A DNA stretch of 63,700 nucleotides, filler included, from Octopus bimaculoides (Eukaryota), in NCBI RefSeq assembly GCF_001194135.2. It is 6 parts of 6 records of this genome, joined end to end, with 100 filler letters (N's around TTAATTAATTAA, not from the genome) between each part and the next. Parts side by side here need not be neighbours in the genome. Positions count along the whole stretch, not along the records: positions 20,427 to 36,065 come from NC_068989.1; positions 36,166 to 55,565 come from NC_069001.1; 4 more parts are not named here. One strand, given 5' to 3'. The position numbers were made by a program, and so were the translations under genes. This document shows positions 26,186-38,204 of this stretch, piece after piece. The notes under the pieces were generated by a model that was given only the letters and a program-made list of their open reading frames with translations, was not told where the DNA came from and did no database searches. Each line of letters begins with the position of its first letter. Position 1 is the first letter of the stretch.

Positions 26186-27028
26186 ACTATATTTAAAAGA
26201 TGAGGAATTATGTACATTATTTACGTTTGACGGATATTTGTCCTCATCTTGTTTGTTAACTCAACGTTTTGGCTGATATACTCTCCAGCCTTCATGAGGT
26301 GTCTTGGGGAAATTTCGAATCTGGGTTCTCATTCCTAACGTATTTTTCGATGTTATTATTATTATTATTCGAACTCGAAATCTTGGGATTAGTATCCTAC
26401 GCTCTCAACCACTACACCATATGACCGTGGGCAATTATGGAGTGAATTTTAGAGCTAAAAAATCTAATATTTTCCTATCCTTCCTTAATACCGGTTCCCA
26501 TATGCTATTCATATCTGCATTCAGTCTGCTTAGGAGGTTGTTGTGTCCTAGCATATGTGCCACTTCTTTTAGTTTTCGCATTTTTCAGTGGTGTTCTCTG
26601 TCTATTATTTTAACTTCATCCCATAGGGGGAGATGGTCTCAATTTTTCCATACATGACCAGCTATACCCGATTTATCAATATCTCCCCGTGTCACAGCTT
26701 TGCGATGTTCCTCAACCCTTATTTTGAGGGGGCGACATGTTTCGCCCTTGTATAACCTACCACAGCTGCATGGGATGGAGTACACGCAATCTTTGGTCAT
26801 ATTCTCTTCTATTGGTGGTTTTACTCAAATGAAATATTTGCGAAGTGTAGTATTACTTTTGAACACTGTCCTGATGTCATATGGGACGCATATCATTTGT
26901 ATCTTTTCGGAGAGGCCTTTCCCATAGGGTAGAGAGAGAGGATGCAACCAATAAACTATCCACAGTCTATCTACCCTATGTGATAGGCCTCTCCGAAAAG
27001 ATACAAAAGATATGCCGCCCATATGACG

Positions 27029-27030
<2 letters not shown>
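26186..27030 (-). mobile_element. 5'-truncated Penelope-like element with inverted 5' segment, GIY-YIG domain and 3' terminal repeat region
   Basis: Minus translation LPYGKGLSEKIQMICVPYDIRTVFKSNTTLRKYFI*VKPPIEENMTKDCVYSIPCSCGRLYKGETCRPLKIRVEEHRKAVTRGDIDKSGIAGHVWKN*DHLPLWDEVKIIDREHH*KMRKLKE. Inverted copy at 26934-27030. Confidence 0.9.
26258..26303 (-). ncRNA. Degenerate minimal type I hammerhead ribozyme (predicted inactive)
   Basis: GACAC-CUCAUGA-A-GGCUGG(loop)UCAGCC-AAAACGUU-GAGUU. Stems I and II and the palindromic AACGUU stem III are recognisable, but the core has CUGAUGA>CUCAUGA and GAAA>AAAA. Confidence 0.7.
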
Positions 27031-27092
<62 letters not shown>

Positions 27093-27097
27093 CCTAC

Positions 27098-27170
<73 letters not shown>

Positions 27171-27545
27171 CCAGTGTTAACCTGAGGAGAAAAGTTTGTT
27201 AAGTAGACTAAATCATTTGTACATAGTTCTTATCAAGACCGTAATCCGTAGGAATGTTGTACTTACAATTGATTTGTGCTATTTATGTAAGAAAGATAAT
27301 TCCCCACTGAATTTGGCAATAGAGTTTTATAAATTTTACGAAAATAGCTTGTTTAAACAGCATATTCATTAAAAAGCTTATAGTGTTTCTGATTTGGTGG
27401 AATATAGACAGATATAAATTTAAAATGTTTCTAGCAATATAGCAACGGACATATCAGTAAAACGAGCCGGAAACCATAGAATGCTTCGTGACTTATTGTT
27501 CTTTTTAAAGACATAATCCATCTCGTGGATAATGTGTTTGTGTAA

Positions 27546-27745
27546 GTGAAGTAGCGTAACCTAGTGGTTAGGGTGCTGCGGTTATGATAGTAAGATCGTT
27601 GCTTCGATTCCTGGACAGAGAGGTGCGTGGTATTCGTGAGAAAAAACAAACAAACAAACACTTCATTTCACGTTGCTCCAGTCGTGCTCACCTGTAAATA
27701 GGTAAGCTTGTGATGGACTGGAATATCGTTTATGAGGCATGGTGT
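27546..27745 (+). mobile_element. tRNA-derived SINE family G (similar copies 43020-43150, 46523-46740)
   Basis: A-box-like cctagtggttag, B-box cttcgattcc, body acacttcatttcacgttgctccagtc. Confidence 0.7.
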
Positions 27746-27845
27746 NNNNNNNNNNNNNNNNNNNNNNNNNNNNNNNNNNNNNNNNNNNNNNNNNNNNNNN
27801 NNNNNNNNNNNNNNNNNNNNNNNNNNNNNNNNNNNNNNNNNNNNN

Positions 27846-27881
<36 letters not shown>

Positions 27882-28569
27882 TATATATGTATACATATAT
27901 ATGTGTGTGTGTGTGTGTATAACTGTGTGTTTGTGTTTATATGTATGTGTGTATGCGTGAGTGTATGGGGGAGATGGGGAAGAGAAGAAAGAGAGGAGGT
28001 AAAGAGACCAAACGTGGAGGGTGAGTGAGTGGCGAGAGGAGAGCGTGCAGTATGATAAATGGGGTTTATGTCTGTGTATATGTTGTGTGATTGTATGTGT
28101 GTCTCTCTGTTGGCGTGCTTATGTGTTTGTGAATGCGCCGGCAGCAGCGCATTCTGCCGGCTGTTAAAGGAGGCATAGGGAAACTGTGAGCGACGATGAA
28201 GAATCAGCGATAACAGGTATACAGTAGCAGCGGCGGCGGCGGTGGCGGTGGTGGTACCTGGAAGAGATGCGGCGGCGGCGGTTGCGCTGCCACGGCGACG
28301 GCTACGGTAAGCTACTGAAAAAACTGCATGAGACATTAACCATGGCCGTGCAGAAAAAAACATCATACTAGTTTCTCTTCTATGTTTTAGAGCCGACAAG
28401 ATATCATGAGTAACCCAAAAAATTATAATAAAATTAAATGGTCTATGTTACACAGAACTGATTATAGAAAAAAAAAAACGAATTAATAATTAAAGTACAC
28501 ATAAAAGTATAATTGGAAACACTCACCTGAAGACAATCAGGAAACCCCACACAAGCTAGATTATTCGGT

Positions 28570-28780
28570 TGAACTCTAGGCACAAAGCCGAAAATTTTGG
28601 GGGCGGGAGCCAGTCGATTCGATCGATCCAGGACGCAACTGGTACTGAACCTATCAACTTCGAAAGAATGAAAGGCAAGGTCGACCGCAGCGGAATTCAA
28701 ACTCAGAACGTAAAGACAGACGAAATATCGCCAAGCATTTCGCCCGACGTGCTAACGTTTCCGCAAGCTCGCCGCCGCCT
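28570..28780 (-). mobile_element. SINE family B
   Basis: CpG-retaining copy of the family B consensus. Confidence 0.85.
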
Positions 28781-29104
28781 GACCCATGCTAGATTATCAA
28801 AACTATGAAACACTAGTAGCCACAGTCATTAGTATTCTGTGGCCTACGTGCGTATGCTGAGGATTGATGCATTGACACGATTTCGACACTCTCACTCCAT
28901 TTTCAGACGATTCCCTGGAAGAGCGGACCACTCTCTCTTCGATCGCTTCTTTCCTAATTAGAAGTTTGGTTAATGAAAACGTAGCCGAAGAGGAATGTGT
29001 TTGTTCCCAGTTCTTTGCTTTCACACAAGCCTCTATATTATAACTGCGCTACAGAGGATACCTGCTGGTATTTCTCGCTTAAAGAAGGCGATGAATTTAG
29101 TCGA

Positions 29105-29680
29105 TAGCTGATTTTGCATACAAAAGACGCCACGATAATGTGGCAAGAATGATTCCTTGGGAATTCTGTGGAAATCACGGCCTACAAAGAGCAAAGACAT
29201 GGTATGAGCAAACCCCAGAAGTCACCGAAAATGAAGATGGCAAAATCCTGTGGGATGCAACGATTTAGTGCGATCACCTGACCAGACACCGGAAACCGGA
29301 CATCGTTGTGGTGACTAAGAAGGAATAATCGGAATAACAGGATCAAAGCGGAAGAAGAAAGACTGAACAACCACGACGGTTTGAAGTAGGAAATACGAAG
29401 GTTGTGGCCAATGAAGAGAGTGGACGTGATCCCAATAGTGATTGGTGCACTTGCGGGCATCAGCACTCAATTACCGACATGGCTGAAAAAGATTGGTACA
29501 AATGTGAAGGTTGAACACCTACAAAATTCGGCATTGCTTGGAACTGGAAGAAATCTTTGTAGGGTTCTTGAAGCATGATCAGTAAACAAGTGTCATCTTA
29601 GTCTGCTGGCTGTGGACAGCTGACACTTTCCATCATACCCAGCAAAATAAGCTGAGAGTTTTCATCGAATAATAACGATA
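29105..29680 (+). mobile_element. Second R4-clade non-LTR 3' fragment (pseudogene)
   Basis: KRRHDNVARMIPWEFCGNHGLQRAKTWYEQ...ENEDGKILWD...KPDIVVV...RRLWPMKRVDVIPIVIGALAGI...LQNSALLGTGRNLCRVLEA*. Confidence 0.88.
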
Positions 29681-29989
29681 ATGGTTTGGGGGTTGGGGTT
29701 AAGCAATTTCGTAGTAGGGGTTAAACGATTACATCGGCCACAGTATTCAACTGGTGCCTATTTCATCACTCCCGAAGGGATGAATGCAAAGTCAACCTCA
29801 GTTGAATTTGAACTCAGAGCGTAAAAAACGGAAGAAATGCCGTTAAGCATTTTATCCAGTGTGCTAGCGATTCTGCCATGCTGGTCAAGCTTGGAATGTC
29901 GTTTGCTGTCTTTGATGAGTGATGTGTAACTGGAACTAAACACACACACACACACAGATTCGATGTAAAATCATCAACAGAAAGGGAAA

Positions 29990-30011
29990 CACTTTCTCCC
30001 TGCTGCTGCTG

Positions 30012-30082
<71 letters not shown>

Positions 30083-30374
30083 GTAATAGCAAGAATCAAA
30101 GTAGCTATAAACAAAGTAGAATGGCATCGTCAGCACCATCGCCACCATGACTGCCGCTACCACCACCACTACCACCGCCACCACCACCATCATCACCACC
30201 AACAACAACACTATCAATATCTGCCATACGATCACTATCATTATTACTGTCATCAATATACCATCGCGCTCTGAAAACCACCACCACCACTACCACCACC
30301 ACCACCATCGATACAACTAGAATTATGTACCATTAAAATTTCACCACCATCTCCTCTTCCTTCTCCTCCTCCTG

Positions 30375-30415
<41 letters not shown>

Positions 30416-30550
30416 GTATCAAGTTGACAACGATAGGGTTAAAACTGCAACAGCGACAACAACAACAGTTTTTAGATCGATTATTATCAAATGCAGTAAC
30501 AGCATTTCTTACAGCATCGCACCAACAGCATCATCATCGTCGTCACTGCT

Positions 30551-30591
<41 letters not shown>

Positions 30592-30846
30592 GTTCATGAT
30601 CGTAATCATCATCATCATCATCACCATCGTCATCGTCAGCAACAACATTGACCGTATCGACACTGTACTCTTATCAACGACAATTATATCATCATCAAAC
30701 CGTTTACTCGTGCCAGTACTCTTTTTTTAGAGTACTGGCACGAGTAAAGAGAGTATACCGCTACCACCGCCGCCATCACCGACAGCAGCAACATCAACAA
30801 AACTACTACCACTAACAACAAAAATAGCATCACCACCAGCCCCACC

Positions 30847-30878
<32 letters not shown>

Positions 30879-31848
30879 AAGCAATAACAAAAATAAAATC
30901 AGCAACAACAACAACAGCAGTACAATTGTACAACATCACCGCCGCCGCCACAACTTTCATCGACAACAACAACAACGATAAAAACAATCCTCACTGTTTG
31001 TTGGAGCGAACATTAACAAGTTTGCAACAATAAAATGTTACATTTCGTGCTCCCACTTTCGCTCACAACAAACAACAACAACAACAACAACAACTACAAC
31101 AATCAGCAGTTACCATTTATGGTTTTATCTTTTACTTGTTTCAGTCATTAGACTGCGGCCATGCTGGGGCACCACCTTAAAGAATTTTTTGTCGAATGAA
31201 TCGACGCCGGTACTTATTGTTTACAAGCCTGTTACTTACTCTATCGGTTTCTCTGTTGCCGATTAGCGGAGTTACGGGGACGTAAACACACCAGCACCGG
31301 CTGTCAAGCAGTGGTGGGGGACAAACACCGACACAAAGACACACACACAAACACAAACACATATAAATGACAGGCTCCTTTCAGTTTCCGTCAACCAAAT
31401 CCACTCACTCTTCTCGGGGCTATAGTGGAAGATACTTGCCGAAGGTGTCACGCAGTGGGACTGAACCCGGAACCATGTGGTTTGGAAGCAAACTAATTCC
31501 CGGACGGCCACCCTTGCGCCTGTCATAACATTAACTTTACAACGTTAGCGCGTTACAACTTTGCGCTAACGTTACAACGTTGTAATGCGCTAACGTTAGA
31601 ACGCCACGACGTTAGAACGCTACGACGTTAGAACGCCGGCGACGTCACTCCTGCCGTCATCAGTTTCATTGATAAAGAGCAAGTAACAACAGAGTTTGTG
31701 TTAAATACATTATTAATACCAGCGCTATTGAAAACGTTACGGCAACGGCACCACTTCATCCGTGGCTGCCACTTTTACTGACAACAACAGCAACTGCACA
31801 ACACCAAATCACAAAAATTAACAACAACAGCAACAACAACAACAGCAA

Positions 31849-31883
<35 letters not shown>

Positions 31884-32838
31884 GTAATAACTAACTAATA
31901 ACGGCAACATCAGTAACAGCAACATCATCGCTAAGAATTGAAACAATAACAACAAGAATAATAATAGTAATAACGAAAATAATAAAAAAGAATAACAATA
32001 ATAGTAACATCAGTGGCCACAGCGTTACAACGTTACAACAACAACAACAATGATAATAATAATAATAACAAGAAGAACAACAAACTACACCAAGGATCGC
32101 ACCCTGTTTCGCTGACCGCTGAAACAACAACAGCAACAAATCCCGCGTCACCACCACCACCACCACCACCACCACCGAATCACCATTAATATTAGCACCA
32201 CCATCGCCACTGCCACCTATACAGATACTAAGAACTCCATTATTTCAAGAAGTCACCACTGCTAACACCATCCCCACCATCTTCATCATCATCATCATCA
32301 TCATAACCACCACCACCACCACCACCACCGCCATCGACATCGGCGTCTATAACTTCGTATAAACAGGGGAACTTGCACGTGGTCGCTCCACACGCTAGAA
32401 ATAGCAGTCAAATGTCTATCAAATCTCACCCTGCCGTTTTCAATTTAGAATGAGCATAGATTACGCAGTCCTACTTATTACATATAAATGGAAGATATGA
32501 TGGTCATGGCTGGAATGTCTTCCACCATAGGTCTACTGGATCGAGACTGACCTGGGGCTAAACAACAACAACATACACCAAAAACAACAACAAAAATAAT
32601 CTCGCCACCGCTATCGCCTCTCTGAGCATCACCACCACCTCCACCATAACAAGCACAACAACGAGCAACACCACCACCATCACCACTACCAGCCCCACCA
32701 CAACCACCACCACCACCAACAACAACAACACTACAACCATCACCACGATAACCACCGCTGATATACCATCGTCACCACTATCACGAACATCATCATTATC
32801 CACACCGCCTGCATCAGTTACATCGCAACATCCAACAC
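29990..32838. repeat. Mosaic of trinucleotide microsatellites (CTA, CCA, CAT, CAA) with interspersed SINEs
   Basis: Directly visible. The plus strand is strongly C/A-rich and no continuous ORF spans it. Confidence 0.9.
31128..31520 (-). mobile_element. Composite SINE family C (tRNA-like head + internal microsatellite + conserved 3' module), full length
   Basis: Head ggcgcaagggtggcc...ggttccgggttcagtcccactgcgtg, internal (TG)n-type stretch, tail ...cagcatggccgcagtc...tgactgaaacaagtaaaaga. Confidence 0.85.
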
Positions 32839-33715
32839 NNNNNNNNNNNNNNNNNNNNNNNNNNNNNNNNNNNNNNNNNNNNNNNNNNNNNNNNNNNNNN
32901 NNNNNNNNNNNNNNNNNNNNNNNNNNNNNNNNNNNNNNNNNNNNNNNNNNNNNNNNNNNNNNNNNNNNNNNNNNNNNNNNNNNNNNNNNNNNNNNNNNNN
33001 NNNNNNNNNNNNNNNNNNNNNNNNNNNNNNNNNNNNNNNNNNNNNNNNNNNNNNNNNNNNNNNNNNNNNNNNNNNNNNNNNNNNNNNNNNNNNNNNNNNN
33101 NNNNNNNNNNNNNNNNNNNNNNNNNNNNNNNNNNNNNNNNNNNNNNNNNNNNNNNNNNNNNNNNNNNNNNNNNNNNNNNNNNNNNNNNNNNNNNNNNNNN
33201 NNNNNNNNNNNNNNNNNNNNNNNNNNNNNNNNNNNNNNNNNNNNNNNNNNNNNNNNNNNNNNNNNNNNNNNNNNNNNNNNNNNNNNNNNNNNNNNNNNNN
33301 NNNNNNNNNNNNNNNNNNNNNNNNNNNNNNNNNNNNNNNNNNNNNNNNNNNNNNNNNNNNNNNNNNNNNNNNNNNNNNNNNNNNNNNNNNNNNNNNNNNN
33401 NNNNNNNNNNNNNNNNNNNNNNNNNNNNNNNNNNNNNNNNNNNNNNNNNNNNNNNNNNNNNNNNNNNNNNNNNNNNNNNNNNNNNNNNNNNNNNNNNNNN
33501 NNNNNNNNNNNNNNNNNNNNNNNNNNNNNNNNNNNNNNNNNNNNNNNNNNNNNNNNNNNNNNNNNNNNNNNNNNNNNNNNNNNNNNNNNNNNNNNNNNNN
33601 NNNNNNNNNNNNNNNNNNNNNNNNNNNNNNNNNNNNNNNNNNNNNNNNNNNNNNNNNNNNNNNNNNNNNNNNNNNNNNNNNNNNNNNNNNNNNNNNNNNN
33701 NNNNNNNNNNNNNNN

Positions 33716-33751
<36 letters not shown>

Positions 33752-34384
33752 TGTATGTATGTATGTATCCATGTATGTATATTGTTAAACGAAGATTAAC
33801 CAGATAAACTAATAAACATGATAGATGTAAAGCAACTTACGGGCATTCTCATAAATAAAATAAGACATCCCTGTTAATAAAACGTCGCCGAGTCAAACAC
33901 ATTCGCTGGTGTATAGGCAACATATATATACATACAGATATATATATATATATAAGCATAGACGAACACATGCCGATGTTTGATAATATAAAGTTCATGT
34001 ATATTTAAATATACAAGTAGATATGTAGGCACTCGCATATACGCAACATTCAGTATTGCGGTATCTATCTTGCTTCTTTTAGTAAACTTACATGTGTAAT
34101 TTATACGAATGGATACTTAGATTGCGAACCATGAATACACACATTAAGTAAAATAACGTGAACAAAGACACACAAACACACAAGCATATACAGATATCTA
34201 TACACACAGGCGCGCGCTTGTATCTAATGTTTGTTTGTGTATGTGTGTGTATGTGTGTACAGTAGTTATATAACTATACAGCTTCGAAACAACGTAACTT
34301 CCATTCAAACTGTGTCTGTGTGTATACGCAGAAATCTGATACAAACACGTGAAGTAGTGAACATAAATTCTGTAACACACAGTA

Positions 34385-34448
<64 letters not shown>

Positions 34449-35210
34449 NNNNNNNNNNNNNNNNNNNNNNNNNNNNNNNNNNNNNNNNNNNNNNNNNNNN
34501 NNNNNNNNNNNNNNNNNNNNNNNNNNNNNNNNNNNNNNNNNNNNNNNNNNNNNNNNNNNNNNNNNNNNNNNNNNNNNNNNNNNNNNNNNNNNNNNNNNNN
34601 NNNNNNNNNNNNNNNNNNNNNNNNNNNNNNNNNNNNNNNNNNNNNNNNNNNNNNNNNNNNNNNNNNNNNNNNNNNNNNNNNNNNNNNNNNNNNNNNNNNN
34701 NNNNNNNNNNNNNNNNNNNNNNNNNNNNNNNNNNNNNNNNNNNNNNNNNNNNNNNNNNNNNNNNNNNNNNNNNNNNNNNNNNNNNNNNNNNNNNNNNNNN
34801 NNNNNNNNNNNNNNNNNNNNNNNNNNNNNNNNNNNNNNNNNNNNNNNNNNNNNNNNNNNNNNNNNNNNNNNNNNNNNNNNNNNNNNNNNNNNNNNNNNNN
34901 NNNNNNNNNNNNNNNNNNNNNNNNNNNNNNNNNNNNNNNNNNNNNNNNNNNNNNNNNNNNNNNNNNNNNNNNNNNNNNNNNNNNNNNNNNNNNNNNNNNN
35001 NNNNNNNNNNNNNNNNNNNNNNNNNNNNNNNNNNNNNNNNNNNNNNNNNNNNNNNNNNNNNNNNNNNNNNNNNNNNNNNNNNNNNNNNNNNNNNNNNNNN
35101 NNNNNNNNNNNNNNNNNNNNNNNNNNNNNNNNNNNNNNNNNNNNNNNNNNNNNNNNNNNNNNNNNNNNNNNNNNNNNNNNNNNNNNNNNNNNNNNNNNNN
35201 NNNNNNNNNN

Positions 35211-35260
<50 letters not shown>

Positions 35261-35901
35261 CCTGTCTGTCTATTAATTCCGTCCTTTCACTGTTTCTGTC
35301 GGTTCTACTTCTCTTTCTATCTTTCCTTTTTCTCTTCACCCTATTCAGTCGTTTATGCCTTTCTGCCCTTTTTCCCCTAAAACTTTTTCTTGTTTTCTTT
35401 CATTTCTTTCATTTCTTCTCAATGTCTTTCTTTCTTCTCTGCCTTTGTTAACAAATCGAAGCCTTGACAGGCCCAAACTTGCACTCATATAATAAGGCGT
35501 ACCATCTCCTTTAAAGTACATGAATCGGTCTAATTATTTTGTATGTTGGTATACATACATTCATTCATTCATTCATACATACATATTCATACACGCATAC
35601 ATACATACATACATGCATACATACATACATACTCTTTCATTCTTTCATTTGTTTCAGTCATTTAATTGCGGCCATGCTGGAGCACCGCCTTTAGTCGAAC
35701 AATTCGACCCTAGGACTTGTTCTTGGTAAGCCTAGTACTTAGTCTATCGGTCTCTTTGGCCGAAACGCTAAGGATACGGGCACATAAACACACCAGCACC
35801 GGTTGTCAAGTGATGTTGGGGGGATACACACACATACACGCACATACACACACACACACAAACATATATATATTATTTATATTATATATATATGTATATA
35901 T

Positions 35902-35934
<33 letters not shown>

Positions 35935-35961
35935 TATGTGTGCGTGTATGTGTTTATATCC

Positions 35962-36009
<48 letters not shown>

Positions 36010-36165
36010 CATACATGTATATATATATATATACACACATGTATATATATATATATATATATATANNNNNNNNNNNNNNNNNNNNNNNNNNNNNNNNNNN
36101 NNNNNNNNNTTAATTAATTAANNNNNNNNNNNNNNNNNNNNNNNNNNNNNNNNNNNNNNNNNNNN

Positions 36166-36408
36166 GCGTGACACAGTGTGACAAGGCTGACCCTTTGAAT
36201 TACAGGCACAACAGAAACAGGAAGTAAGAGTGAGAGAAAGTCGTGGTGAAAGAGTACAGCAGGGTTCACCACCAACCCCTGCCGGAGCCTTGTGGAACTT
36301 TAGGTGTTTTCGCTCAATAAACACTCACAACATCCGGTCTAGGAATCGAAACCGTGATCCTATGACTGCGAGTCCGCTGCCCTAACCACTGGGCCATTGT
36401 GCCTCCAC
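36166..36408 (-). mobile_element. SINE family A, 5' half (cut by gap)
   Basis: Reverse complement of the 9156 copy's 5' half. Confidence 0.85.
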
Positions 36409-37284
36409 TAACTGAGACTATAGATATTATCCAACCATCTTGTTCTTCATCTACTCCCAGGTCTCCTGCTGGTCAGCTTGGCCTGAAGAATTCATCAGGT
36501 GATTCCTAACTGTAACATTCTAATCATGTCCATAGTACCAGAGCTGTGAAAAGCAGCAGCAGCTTGATAAAACAAGACTCCCTCATCTCTGAGCTACACA
36601 CTCATGAAACTGAAATATTAAATCTTTCATTCATCACAGCAATTAAATTTAAAGAATTCTCTTCTGATGCATACAGTAACCCAGTACTGCATCTAGAGAA
36701 GATGCCACATGACTGGTGTTGTAAAACATTACTAAAAGATCATCTTGGAGGGCATCTAGACATAAGACATTGCTTCAAAACGTCACAATCAACCCATGCC
36801 AGCATGGAAAAGCAGATGCAAAACAATGATAATGTTGATATGTAACACTAGGTTACCATATACCTAATATAGTCCTGTTTCTAAAAAGTGTAGAGGAAAC
36901 ACCCCCCCCCACACACACATGCATACACACACACACACACTTTAGCACTGCCATCTGACCCTTGGGTACATTTAGCAGAATTTGTTGTTGTTTACAAGCA
37001 TGTGGACCAGATGCATGGGAGCCTTTCGTATGTGTGTGTGTTTGTGATTGTCCCCCACTGCCACTTGACAACCAGTGTTAGTTTGTTTGTGTCCCCATAA
37101 TTTAGGGGTTCAGCAAAAGAGAATGACAGAATAATTACAAGCTTAAAAAGAAAAAACTAAATACTGGGGTCAATTTGTTCAACTAAAACCCTTCGAGGTT
37201 GTGCCACAGCATGACTGTAGTCCAATGGCTGAAATAAATAAAAATAAAAATACAAGACACAAATTTGATGGTGTCAGAATGGTT

Positions 37285-37290
37285 TTTATT
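37285..37290 (-). terminator. PSMD5 polyadenylation signal AATAAA
   Basis: AATAAA about 45 nt after the stop codon, followed about 20 nt later by a GU/U-rich element (tttgtgtcttgtatttttattttt on minus, 37233-37263). Confidence 0.65.
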
Positions 37291-37334
37291 TCAACTGATC
37301 CAATATAACAAACATTGAAATCAGTTTAATCTGC

Positions 37335-37733
37335 TTAACAGTCTCCTTCCATTGTAACAACAGGTTGTGAGTGCATATAAAATGGTCCCTGTTGTTGATA
37401 CAAACGCAGTTTCAGGTAATTCGGCGAACCGAATATCTCCTCGGTGCAGCTGTTCTGTAGCAAAGTCTCGACTACTTTGTATTTCAGTCGCTTGTCTTCT
37501 GCAGATGTTTCAGTCGTTCGGTCTAGCAGGTACTCTATGAAAGTCGGATGGTGTACCATCAGTTGTAAAGCCCAGCTTTGGTTGGCTAACGACACATATA
37601 TACTTTTGGAGGCCAGTCGGATGTTAGGGAATGGTTGTTGGCAGATCGAGAAGATTAAATTAAAAGGGCTGCTGGAGATTAAGCTGAACCAATGCTGTGT
37701 GAGGGCAAGCATTTCATCATTTTGGTCTTCAGC
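37335..37733 (-). CDS. PSMD5: PSMD5 last coding exon (399 nt including TAA)
   Basis: AEDQNDEMLALTQHWF...QQPFPNIRLA...LANQSWA...HPTFIEYLLDR...KYKVVETL...EEIFGSPNYLKLRLYQQQGPFYMHSQPVVTMEGDC* matches the PSMD5 C-terminus ([48 protein letters not shown]). Acceptor taacttttag, phase 0. Confidence 0.95.
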   Translation of the reverse strand, partial: AEDQNDEMLALTQHWFSLISSSPFNLIFSICQQPFPNIRLASKSIYVSLANQSWALQLMVHHPTFIEYLLDRTTETSAEDKRLKYKVVETLLQNSCTEEIFGSPNYLKLRLYQQQGPFYMHSQPVVTMEGDC

Positions 37734-37820
37734 CTAAAAGTTAACAAAAACATCAAATATGTTAGATACTGATTCTCATTTGGAATATCTCAAAGAATGC
37801 ATGTAAAGCTAAACATAATA

Positions 37821-38204
37821 GTTGTTGGCACTCCGTCGCTTACGACGTCGATTGTTCCAGTTGATCCGATCAACGGAACAGCCTGCTCTTGAAATTAACG
37901 TGCAAGTGGCTGAGCACTCCACAGACACGTGTACCCTTAACGTAGTTCTCGGGGATATTCAGCGTGACACAGTGTGACAAGGCTGACCCTTTGAATTACA
38001 GGCACAACAGAAACAGGAAGTAAGAGTGAGAGAAAGTTGTGGTGGAAGAGTACAACAGGGTTCGCCACCATCTCCTGCTGGAGCCTCGTGGAGCTTTAGG
38101 TGTTTTCGCTCAATAAACACTCACAACGCCCGGTCTGGAAATTGAAACCACCATCCTATAACCGCGAGTCCGCTGCCCTAACCACTGGGCCATTGCGCCT
38201 CCAC
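37821..38204 (-). mobile_element. SINE family A, full length, in the last PSMD5 intron
   Basis: Near-consensus copy ending about 90 nt upstream of the last-exon acceptor. Confidence 0.9.

Noticed and set aside
36461-36498. Plus-strand 38-nt AG/GT-bounded segment with a good pyrimidine tract
   Set aside because: No partner exon or recognisable peptide; cannot be supported without RNA data.
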